64,000 bases of DNA from an uncultured Candidatus Saccharibacteria bacterium (GTDB taxonomy: Bacteria; Patescibacteriota; Minisyncoccia; Phycocordibacterales; UBA2100). The position numbers and the translations under genes are program-made. Location of the stretch: contig CAZWFX010000001.1 in assembly GCA_964633425.1 (NCBI GenBank), positions 74,687-138,686 of the forward strand, read 5' to 3'. The notes beneath the pieces were generated by a model. The model saw nothing but the letters and a program-made list of their open reading frames with translations, had not been told where the DNA came from and made no database searches. Positions 19,658 to 28,558 of the stretch are shown here, piece after piece. Numbering within the stretch: the first letter of the stretch is position 1; each line of letters opens with the position of its first letter.

Positions 19658-20004
19658 ATGCCATTGAAGAGGTAGCAAGAGCGGCCGAAAAGGCCAAAGT
19701 GGAGCAGGAATTAGCCAACAGATCCCGAGGGCCGGTCTTTACGTCATCTAAGGACAAGATTGGACTTCCGCAAGAAGATCCTCAATATGCTTCTGCTAAG
19801 TGTAACACCTGTTATGGCAAGGGCTACGCCATCAGGCACGTCAAGCCGATAGTGTCCCCTTATGGGAATTCCTACGATCGGTTTTATGTTGTGTGTGAAT
19901 GTGTGCATAAAGGATACACCAAGATCAGACTGAAGGTTGAGGAGGGGCTCGGCCAGGGACTGACTCTTGAGGAGGCCGCTAAGAAAGCGAAGTTTGTTCT
20001 CTAG
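19654..20004 (+). CDS. Hypothetical Cys-cluster (zinc-binding) protein
   Basis: CNTCYGKGY ... CECVHKGY. Confidence 0.3.
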   Translation: MNAIEEVARAAEKAKVEQELANRSRGPVFTSSKDKIGLPQEDPQYASAKCNTCYGKGYAIRHVKPIVSPYGNSYDRFYVVCECVHKGYTKIRLKVEEGLGQGLTLEEAAKKAKFVL

Positions 20005-20032
20005 TTGACTTTCTGCCTCGACGTGCTATATT
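20005..20032 (+). promoter_or_regulatory. Promoter TTGACT-16-TATATT in front of dnaE part 1
   Basis: TTGACT, spacer ttctgcctcgacgtgc, then TATATT. The ATG at 20045 is ~5 nt past the predicted transcription start, and there is no SD. The GCTATATT belongs to the recurrent motif family. Confidence 0.45.
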
Positions 20033-20044
20033 GGGCATAGCCCA

Positions 20045-21739
20045 ATGATTAACCCACCAACATGCCACTGCCACCCTCTTAGTCTTGACACTGGAAGTCA
20101 AATCAACGACTTTATCAAGAAAGAACAAGAGCTGGGAACCGGTTACGTTACCGCCACAGACCATGGATCCATGGGATCTGCGTATCTAATTTACACAAAG
20201 GCCAAGAAGGCCTCCCTAACACCGATTCTTGGTATCGAAGTCTACCTCAGAGACCCCGACTGCGACGTCTTAAAAGAACTGACACCAAGCCCGGAAGACT
20301 ACCTTAAATTTGGCAATCCCAAGTCTAAGTACATGCACGCCACTCTCCACTACATGGACGTGGAGGCCTACGAGGCAGGCTGCTCGGTTCTTTCAAAAGC
20401 CCCAAGAGAAAAGCACGGATCTGAAGACAAGCCCATCTACACCTGGGACGATATTGCTACCCTTGGGGCCAAAAATGTCACTGGAGGATCCGGCTGCCTT
20501 ATTGGTGTGGTGCAGCGACATCTCATGGTCGGAAGACCCGACGTCGCTGAAAAATACTATGTAAAATACAAGAACATGTTCAAAAAGGACAACTTCTTTG
20601 TTGAGGTTTTCCCTCATAAATGTACCCATAACTGGGTATCTGGTGTTTTCGTTACAGTAAAAGACAGTAACGGTGAAACCAAACAGCTTAGGTTTTACGA
20701 AGAGAAAAAGCTTAAGACCAATCACTCAGAAGAGGTCACGGCCTCTAGCCTGGCTCGATCTCCAGCCAAACACACCCACTTATTGGGGATTAAGAACTAC
20801 AGGACCTGGGACGAGGTCTCTTACAAGATCGTCTCCGTAAGGCACGTAGAAGAGTTTGTTCAAAATGAGTGTACTGTAGATGCCCCAGACGGAGATCTGC
20901 AAGCCAGAGCCAACAAATTCGTTTTGCAGATGGCCGAGAAGTACGGAGACCCAGTGATCAGCTCCGATGACAGCCACTACGTAAGCCCGGAAGACAAAAT
21001 TGTTCAGGACGTGGCTCTGGCTCAGTCGGGTAAGTGGAGGTTTTTCGGTAGTTATCATAGGCAGAGCGCGGCCGAGCAGTTTGCCTGTTACAAAGAGACT
21101 TTGGGGCTTGGTGAAAGGGAGTTCGAAAAATGGACGAACAACGCTCTAGAATGGGCTTCTAAATTCAAAAACTTTGAGTTTTCTTACAAACCATCACTAG
21201 CCAATAAATTCTATCCGTCCGACACCCTTGGATACCTAAAATCCTTGATGGAAAAGCACGGAAGAATAAATAACGCACCAGAATACACCCAGCGCCTAGA
21301 GACCGAAATTCAAATGCTTCACAACAACGGCAAAATCGATTTGTTGCCGTACTTCTTTCCCGCCGAAGAGGTCTGTGAAGAGTACGCTATCAACGGAGAG
21401 CTTGCGGGGCTTGGCCGAGGCAGTGCCGCAGGGTTGCTGGTGTCGTACTACCTGGGTATTACCCACATAGATCCAATAAAGGACGGCCTGTCAATGGAAA
21501 GGTTCATTTCCATTGACCGTATTTTGGGAGGCAAGCTTCCAGATATCGACCAGGACCTTTCGTCAACAGATTACCTTGTTGGTACCGCAATAGATCGCGT
21601 TACGGTAGAAATGGAGGACGGTACCGTTAGGGAATATTTGTCTGAGGAACTCATTCAGACCGAAGAGGGCCCCATGACCATCTTCGAAGCGGCAACTAAA
21701 AAGCTGGATATCTTGGATTTGGATGAGAGTGATGAATAA
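20045..21739 (+). CDS. dnaE: DNA polymerase III alpha (DnaE) N-terminal segment: PHP domain plus palm, with an acidic C-terminal extension
   Basis: PHP His cluster (HCHPLSLDTGS...ATDHGSM...GIEVY...SDDSHY). The palm motif LAGLGRGSAAGLLVSYYLGITHIDP...ERFIS...LPDIDQD matches [23 protein letters not shown]...ERFLNPER.SMPDIDIDF. Confidence 0.8.
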   Translation: MINPPTCHCHPLSLDTGSQINDFIKKEQELGTGYVTATDHGSMGSAYLIYTKAKKASLTPILGIEVYLRDPDCDVLKELTPSPEDYLKFGNPKSKYMHATLHYMDVEAYEAGCSVLSKAPREKHGSEDKPIYTWDDIATLGAKNVTGGSGCLIGVVQRHLMVGRPDVAEKYYVKYKNMFKKDNFFVEVFPHKCTHNWVSGVFVTVKDSNGETKQLRFYEEKKLKTNHSEEVTASSLARSPAKHTHLLGIKNYRTWDEVSYKIVSVRHVEEFVQNECTVDAPDGDLQARANKFVLQMAEKYGDPVISSDDSHYVSPEDKIVQDVALAQSGKWRFFGSYHRQSAAEQFACYKETLGLGEREFEKWTNNALEWASKFKNFEFSYKPSLANKFYPSDTLGYLKSLMEKHGRINNAPEYTQRLETEIQMLHNNGKIDLLPYFFPAEEVCEEYAINGELAGLGRGSAAGLLVSYYLGITHIDPIKDGLSMERFISIDRILGGKLPDIDQDLSSTDYLVGTAIDRVTVEMEDGTVREYLSEELIQTEEGPMTIFEAATKKLDILDLDESDE

Positions 21740-21784
21740 CACTGGAGTTTTTGGCAAATTTCTGGTACTGTTCTAGGCAGACCT

Positions 21785-22051
21785 ATGGACCCCAAATCAC
21801 TAGCAAAATCCTTTATGGATCTTTCAGTTGAAGATCAGGCCGAATTCTTTCTACAATTAACCATCTTGTTCCGTAAGGTGATGCCCTCGACGCAAGAGCG
21901 GCTTCTCAAGGAACTGGCCAATAAGATTTACTTTTTGGATCACGAAGACGATTCGTACCTAAACGGTCTTGTGGTGGCTCTGTTCGATCAACACGACGAA
22001 GAAGAAAAAACCGTGTATGTGGAATCTACAAAAAATGGGCTGAATAATTGA
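21785..22051 (+). CDS. Hypothetical acidic 88-aa protein inserted between the two dnaE segments
   Basis: The ORF fills the gap exactly. No homing-endonuclease motifs. Confidence 0.3.
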   Translation: MDPKSLAKSFMDLSVEDQAEFFLQLTILFRKVMPSTQERLLKELANKIYFLDHEDDSYLNGLVVALFDQHDEEEKTVYVESTKNGLNN

Positions 22052-24331
22052 ATGAAGATAAAGGAAATCCTCTCGGTTAAAACAGAACGGAAGCCCGGAT
22101 GGCTAGATCGCCGCTTCGGAGAGCACTTTGCTCGAATTTCAACCGTTACTACCAGGAAGCTGAAATATGCCATCAGGGACGTCGCCCGCTTTACTTACGG
22201 CAAGGGCATGATCCCGTATGACATCGAGCGACTGGCCAAGGCCATTCAGACTCCACCACAGGGCGTGAACGACTACGACTTCGTATTCGGCTATGAAGAG
22301 GCAGGACGTTTCGTTGAGGGTACGATAAATACTGACCCAGCTCTAAAGGAGTATGTCAAAAAATACCCTAACCAATGGAAGATTGTAGTCAAATGCCTTA
22401 GCTTGGTTAGAAACAGCTCGCTACACGCCTGTGGTTATGTAATCGCCTCCAGGCCAATCCGGGAGTTTATGCCGCTCTCTTCCATAAAGGGAACTGAGTG
22501 TACAGAATTCACGGCTAATTCATCAGACGGGATATCTTCCGTTGAGGGCGTAGGCGGCATCAAATACGACTACCTTAAACTAAACTCTCTAAAAGATGTT
22601 CAGATTGCAGTTAAACTAATACAAAAACGATCTGGACTTCAAATACCTGATTTTATTACAAAAAATGGGCGATGTCCAAAGGTCAGGATCCTACCATACA
22701 AAGGCCAATTAGAAGACATCTGGACGTCGTTACCTGAAGAGCCTGAAGTTTTTTCGGACATTTCCAATGGGGATACGGAGTCTGTTTTTCAGCTTTCTAC
22801 TCAAGGAGCCTTGAAGTGGCTGAAACTTTTTAATCAGGTAGGAAGGGACGAAAAGCCACTAATCTCGTCTGTAAGAGATATCGCTATTTTTACAGCCCTA
22901 GATCGACCAGGGCCGCTCGATATCGAGCTTACCAATCCAGAAGACGGGTCTAAGCACAACGCCTTGGTTGAGTACGTGAGAAGGGCCAGAGGACTGCCTC
23001 CATCAGAGGATATTTTGGAGGTCTTTGACAAACTTTTTCCTGAGACCAAAGGGATTCTTGTTTTCCAAGAACAGCTCCAGAGAGCATACCAGACACTCAC
23101 AGGCTGTTCTGGGGCTGAGGCCGATGAGTTCCGCTCAAACGTCGCCAAGAAGAGGGCGACCAAGGTGGCGGCCGCTTACGAGACGTTCGTTAAGCGGGCT
23201 GGGCAAATCCTTGGATCTGAAGAAAAGGCGGCTCAGGTATTTCAAGCTTTCGGAACCTGGTCAAACTATGGGTTCTGCCTAGCTCACGCCGTTAGCTACG
23301 CAAGACTTGCGTACGTTATTGCCTTTCTTAAGCGTCATTTTCCACTTGAATGGTGGACGGCCGTGTTGTCAAACGCCACCAAGGACGATATCTCCGATAA
23401 GTTCTGGCCAAAATGCTCAGAGATTATTGATTTGCCAGACATGTCAAATCCAAGAGATCGATTCGATATCGTAAATGAAAGAATTCAAGCCCCAATAGGA
23501 ATGCTTTGGGGTGTCGGCGGCAAGGCTCAAGAACAAATAGTCGCTTTTGCCCCATATTCTACAATCGATGAGTTTTGTGGTGGTATCCAAAAGTACAAGG
23601 AGCTAAATGCTATCACCACAACCGAAACAAAAGAAGTTAAGGGCGTGGTGAAGACTGTTTCTAAAAGGCGTCTTGGAAGATCGGCTGTCCATTCTGGTGT
23701 CGTGTACTCGCTCGTTGTCTCGGGAGCTATGGACAGCCTGTTTGAGCCAGGCCTTACCCTTGAAGAAAAGCTCCTGGCATACGAAAAAGCCATTGCCAAG
23801 GCCTCTGGAGCAAAAAAACACAAACCAGTCAAACCACAATTTAAGGATCTGAACGCCTACAACCAATTCCTAATGAGGAAGAAGCTCTTGCCAGTCTTTA
23901 CACAGAGCCTTCCAGATCTAATGGTAGACTGTAAACATCCATTAGTTTCAACTACTTATGGCAAACCCAGGTACAAGATAGCCGATCGGTTTGTGGACTT
24001 ATGGGGACTTAAGGAGCTTCGGCAGTTTGAAGAACACGGAAGTTCCATTCCGTCCGGAGGCTACCGAGCCGCCATTCCAGGATACGTCTCTAGCGTTAGG
24101 CGTTTTACGTTTGATGGCAACAAGGAAGCTTGTGCGATTGCTTTGAATATTGAGGGCGTCAATCAAGAATTTGTTAAGTGGCCGGATTGGAACTCTAAAA
24201 AGCTAGATCCGCGATACGACGCGGATCTGGAAAAGAGTCTGCTAGTTTTACATGTCGTAAAGCGACGTGAAGATCGGCCGTTCGTCGTTGAAAACTTTGA
24301 GGTTTTGGCCTCTAATCAAGCAAAACCGTAG
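22052..24331 (+). CDS. dnaE: DNA polymerase III alpha (DnaE) C-terminal segment: fingers and downstream domains
   Basis: [24 protein letters not shown] matches DnaE [46 protein letters not shown] matches R.TGxHAAGVVIS..PL...VPL. Confidence 0.8.
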   Translation: [759 protein letters not shown]

Positions 24332-24362
24332 GGATTAAAGACACTTAGGCTATATCCTAAGT

Positions 24363-27300
24363 GTGACACCAGAAGAAAAACAGCAGCTTGAGCGCCAGCT
24401 CCTGTTCACTCCTTGCAAGACAAAGGAGGAGCTGGGGGACTGGATAGATCACATGCTGGGGTATCGGTTACCCGACTGCATTGTTGACGCCGACTCCAAC
24501 TCCTCTCCATTAGATCTTGTTTGGGAGATCTACCACGAAGCTCTCTACGTAAACAATCCAAATTTCGAAAAGATTCTAGCATACGCGAACAGATTTGGCG
24601 CGAAAACCCTGGGCGCTAGTGCCCTAGAGCTTTTGATGGTCTTTCATGACCAAAGAGACGTTGTCCACCTGGCTGCCATTGAGGAGCAGTCAACAGACTG
24701 CCTCAACTACGTTAAAAAGGCACTCCGCAATCCCGTAATGGCACCTTTTGAGGTTCAGGGAGATAAACGAGCCATTACGATCCAAGTCTTTAAAAAAGAC
24801 GGTAAATACTATTCCCCTAAGGAATATGAAAAAATCCCGGATGTAGAAAAGTTTGGGTTTCAGGAGTATTTCAATAAAATTGAAGTCATTGTGGCGACTC
24901 CAAAGTCGCTCAACGGGAAGCATGGCGCTTTCTTTTGTATTGATGAAAATACACCATTACTAATAGCAGATAAAACCAGATCGAGGAAAAGTCGGTCGGC
25001 CAAATTTGTCTTTAACACCATAGCCGGGCTCCCGGTAACAGGCAGGAGGGGTCGTCTTCCTATAGAAGATCTTGACATTTCTAACCCACAAAAGGATATT
25101 GAACTACTTACCTTCAATTTCTCTACAGGAAGCCTGGAGCCAAAGAAGATCCTTCGCGGACATCGTAAAAGGGCACAAACGATAAATATCGTGGCGGGCA
25201 AGAGGAGTTTGATTTGTACGCTAGATCATCCCATCTTTGTATTCGGGAAAGGCTTCACAGAAGCCGGTGCTGTGTCTCTAGGAGATAAGATTCTCGCGAT
25301 CGGCAAGGGTGGCTGGGGAAATCGACAATTCCTGTCAAAGGAGATTCAAAACAAAGATTCGATCATACGAGATCCTGGAGATCTATTTGAGCAGGTCGTC
25401 TTAGGTTCTCTCCTTGGCGACGGATCTTGTCTAAAACATACTCGCAGCAAAAACGCTTATTTTTCTGAACGACACTGCATTGAGCAGGCTGAATATCTAA
25501 ACTGGAAACGTCAGATAATTGGTCAGCAAGTAAAAACCTCAGAATGTAAAAACATAGCCAGCGGGTATACCGGGAATCCTCAAGCTGGATTCTATACACA
25601 AAATAGTCATATATTTAACCAATGGTTAGGATTTAAGCAGAACTTTCAAAATCTCGAAAAGATTAGTCCCATTGGACTTGCAGTTTGGTATATGGACGAC
25701 GGGTACGCTAAAGGATTTAGTATAGCTTCTCATGGGTTCACTAAAAATCAAAATGAGAGACTTGTTGAAATTCTTTGGAATAAATTTCAAATAAAAGCTA
25801 GAGTTGCTAGAGAAGTTAAGAAAGACGGAAGATCCTATTGGTATATAACAGGAGGATTAGATGCAAAAAAACGCTTGGTAGAAATTTGTCGTCCATACAT
25901 ACACCCACAAATGGCGTTCAAGTTTGATATAGAAAGTCACTCCAAACAGTGTGTCGCTTGTGGTCATAAATTTTGGCCACATCAGCAAGGACCAAGTTCA
26001 AAAACTTGTGGACAGGCCGTATGTCTGTCGGTCCTAGCGGGTACATTTGAAGCCGTGTCTGTCGATAGAATTGAACCTGCAGGAGAAAGAACCGTTTATG
26101 ATTTTACGGTAGAAAATAACCACAATTTTTTCAGTGGACAGATCCTTAGCCATAATTGTATGGACGAAACAGACCTTCTTGACAACGAGTCTATCGTCCA
26201 AGAAGCCGACGGAGTACCCACCCCAACAAAAGATAGAAGAGCCAAGCACCCGATCGTCTATATGACATCTACCAGAAAGAAGGCGGCGGGTAGGGTCCAG
26301 AAGCTTATTGATAGGGCAGAGCAAGAAGACATCCGTGTTAGACACTGGAACTTGATTGACATCACAAAACCATGTCCCCCAGAAAAACACCAACCAAACG
26401 AACCTAAGGTCTCGATGTATGTGGACGACAACGCCCTCAAGGCCATCCCAGAAGAATCATACGAACAGCTAAACGAAGGCGATCGACTAAAATATCAAAA
26501 ACACGAGATGTTTCAGGGCTGTAAGTCCTGCCCATTGGCCGCCACTTGTAAGAGTCGGTTGGCTACTCATCAAAAATCCAGTAATTCTACACTCTTACTG
26601 GATCACGCATTCACCACCAAAAAGGTAACTAAGGGAAATATTGAATTCATTAAGTCGCAGTTTCTATGCAGGAAACCGCTGTCTACCGGATCTATCTTTT
26701 CTAGGTTTAGCAGAGAAAGGCATTTACTTTCAGCGGCTGAGATCTATGAAAAGCTAGAGCAGCAAGAGGCCCCAGCCAACTTTAACAAGCAAAGTCTAGT
26801 CAAGTATCTAAAGGCTCATCCACTGGCCAAATTTTACGGTGGTATTGACTTTGGTTACACCCACATGTTTGTTGCTATAGTCGCGGCCAAGGTCGGTCTC
26901 CACTGGTTTGTATTGGACTGCCTTATGGCCACCGAGTTGGAGACCATGGAATGCGTGGATTTGTGCAAGAGATCCTTTTATCATTACGGAGCTGAATGGT
27001 ATCCGGATCCTGAAAATCCACAACTTATAAGTACGTTTAAAAAGCATGGATTTAATTGTATCGATTTTTCCAAGAAGAAAGGGACGGTCTTGGCTGGAAT
27101 TGAGGCGATTCGAGCAAAGCTCAATCCTGGACCAGATGCCGAACCTCAAATGTTCTTTCTGAAGGGAGATCCTTCTATTGACGGGGAAGAAGAGTCTTTA
27201 GTGGAAGCCATGGAAAAATGGGCCTGGAAGTTGTCTCCTGCCGGAGAGCCGACAGACATCCCTGCAGAAAAGCATAAGGACCAATGCTTTACGTCAGATA

Positions 27301-28538
27301 CGGAGGTACTGACCCCATCTGGGTGGGTTTCCCTTAAGGACATCACAACAGAGGATGAGGTTTTGTCTATTACCAGAAACGGCGTCGCTTATTTTGAAAA
27401 ACCGTATCGGGTGATCCATCAAACATATTCTGGACCTATGATTTCAATTCATAAAAATCATTTAAAGTTCAGCTCAACTAAGGGACACGCCCATTCCGTA
27501 ATAAGTCAATTTAACTGGAGGGTAAAGAAGAGATGGATTTTTGATAAAAAGACGTTCGATGAACTCCCGGCTGAGTCTTATTGGGCTAACTCGTTCAAAG
27601 AAATTGCTGAAGGTCCGGGTCTGTTTGAGGGAGGACAAGACGAGGCCTGGGTTGCTGGGTTTTGGGTTGCCGAGGGATGCTTTGATCGGTCCAACCCAAC
27701 TCAAATTCTAATAGATCAAAAAAAAGAAAAACACAAAAAAGAATGTCGTGAGAGGCTTAGCCGTCTCGGGTGGTCATATTTTGAAAAGACAAGAGCACAA
27801 GATCGGCTTATGACTAGGTTTTGTATTAATAGTCAAAGAGATCGAATAGTTAAATGGAAAGAGTGGTTTAATCATGGAGCCAAGAATAAAAAACTCAATC
27901 CGGGTATTGTTTTACAAATGACAAAAACGGAACGTCGCTCGTTTTTTGATGGATATATGGCAGGAGACGGCTCTACGACCCAAAGTCTTTGGCATTTTGA
28001 TTCTATTTCCAGAGATCTTATTGATGGAATCCAATTTTTAGCGTTGTGCCTTGGATATGGATGTCGTGTAGTTACCTATGACTGTATGAGAGAAGATCGT
28101 CCTTCTACCCTTAAGGGTAAGATGCATCGATCATGGAGAGGACATGTTTTAAGATCTAGACCTGTTTGTCATATCAAAAAGAGTAGTTTTTTTGAATGGA
28201 CGGCTAAAGACATTGAGGTTCACTGTGTTTCCGTATCCACTGGGATCTTTTTGGCTAGAACCGCAGGAGATGTCTTCGTGGCCGGAAACTGTGACGCATT
28301 GCGTTATATGGTTTACAACATCACTCCGGTAAGGGCCACAACCGGCAACCGAGGAGGCCGACCTACCAACGAAGAGGTGGCCTCTAGGCCCAAAACCCTG
28401 TCAGAGCAATTTTGGGATACCATGAAATCAGAAGGCGAGCCTCTTTTTGGCCTAGATATGTCAGAAAGGCCGGATCCTTATGACACAGACCCGTCGTCCG
28501 GAAGGCCGTCGCCGAAGATCCGTAAGAGGTTCTTTTAG
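24363..28538 (+). CDS. Terminase large subunit (TerL) interrupted by two inteins; about 649 aa of extein
   Basis: Extein: deviant Walker A ANRFGAKTLG. The Walker B GAFF|CMDE is reconstituted across intein 1. RNase-H-like nuclease motifs YGGIDFGYTH and KHKDQ|CDALRYMVYN are reconstituted across intein 2. GTG start preceded by GGCTATAT inside a hairpin. Confidence 0.75.
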   Translation: MTPEEKQQLERQLLFTPCKTKEELGDWIDHMLGYRLPDCIVDADSNSSPLDLVWEIYHEALYVNNPNFEKILAYANRFGAKTLGASALELLMVFHDQRDVVHLAAIEEQSTDCLNYVKKALRNPVMAPFEVQGDKRAITIQVFKKDGKYYSPKEYEKIPDVEKFGFQEYFNKIEVIVATPKSLNGKHGAFFCIDENTPLLIADKTRSRKSRSAKFVFNTIAGLPVTGRRGRLPIEDLDISNPQKDIELLTFNFSTGSLEPKKILRGHRKRAQTINIVAGKRSLICTLDHPIFVFGKGFTEAGAVSLGDKILAIGKGGWGNRQFLSKEIQNKDSIIRDPGDLFEQVVLGSLLGDGSCLKHTRSKNAYFSERHCIEQAEYLNWKRQIIGQQVKTSECKNIASGYTGNPQAGFYTQNSHIFNQWLGFKQNFQNLEKISPIGLAVWYMDDGYAKGFSIASHGFTKNQNERLVEILWNKFQIKARVAREVKKDGRSYWYITGGLDAKKRLVEICRPYIHPQMAFKFDIESHSKQCVACGHKFWPHQQGPSSKTCGQAVCLSVLAGTFEAVSVDRIEPAGERTVYDFTVENNHNFFSGQILSHNCMDETDLLDNESIVQEADGVPTPTKDRRAKHPIVYMTSTRKKAAGRVQKLIDRAEQEDIRVRHWNLIDITKPCPPEKHQPNEPKVSMYVDDNALKAIPEESYEQLNEGDRLKYQKHEMFQGCKSCPLAATCKSRLATHQKSSNSTLLLDHAFTTKKVTKGNIEFIKSQFLCRKPLSTGSIFSRFSRERHLLSAAEIYEKLEQQEAPANFNKQSLVKYLKAHPLAKFYGGIDFGYTHMFVAIVAAKVGLHWFVLDCLMATELETMECVDLCKRSFYHYGAEWYPDPENPQLISTFKKHGFNCIDFSKKKGTVLAGIEAIRAKLNPGPDAEPQMFFLKGDPSIDGEEESLVEAMEKWAWKLSPAGEPTDIPAEKHKDQCFTSDTEVLTPSGWVSLKDITTEDEVLSITRNGVAYFEKPYRVIHQTYSGPMISIHKNHLKFSSTKGHAHSVISQFNWRVKKRWIFDKKTFDELPAESYWANSFKEIAEGPGLFEGGQDEAWVAGFWVAEGCFDRSNPTQILIDQKKEKHKKECRERLSRLGWSYFEKTRAQDRLMTRFCINSQRDRIVKWKEWFNHGAKNKKLNPGIVLQMTKTERRSFFDGYMAGDGSTTQSLWHFDSISRDLIDGIQFLALCLGYGCRVVTYDCMREDRPSTLKGKMHRSWRGHVLRSRPVCHIKKSSFFEWTAKDIEVHCVSVSTGIFLARTAGDVFVAGNCDALRYMVYNITPVRATTGNRGGRPTNEEVASRPKTLSEQFWDTMKSEGEPLFGLDMSERPDPYDTDPSSGRPSPKIRKRFF
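24936..26156 (+). mobile_element. Intein 1 in TerL (407 aa) with a LAGLIDADG endonuclease, inserted at Walker B
   Basis: Block A CIDENTPLLIADK. LAGLIDADG-like LGSLLGDGSCL and LAVWYMDDGYA. Block F/G TVYDFTVENNHNFFSGQILSHN. +1 Cys. Confidence 0.75.
27285..28289 (+). mobile_element. Intein 2 in TerL (335 aa) with a LAGLIDADG endonuclease, inserted at the nuclease catalytic Asp motif; non-canonical C-terminal GN
   Basis: Block A CFTSDTEVLTPSGW. LAGLIDADG-like WVAGFWVAEGCFD and FFDGYMAGDGS. C-terminal ...DVFVAGN with +1 Cys. The penultimate residue is Gly where His is usual. Confidence 0.65.
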
Positions 28539-28558
28539 GAGGCAATCTTTAAGTCCAA

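Noticed and set aside
21740-22051. Split intein or intein remnant between the two dnaE ORFs
   Set aside because: The C-terminal extension of part 1 does not start with Cys/Ser and has no block A/B. Part 2 begins directly with extein sequence. There are no HN/Asn-Cys junction residues. An intron or a true gene split remains possible.
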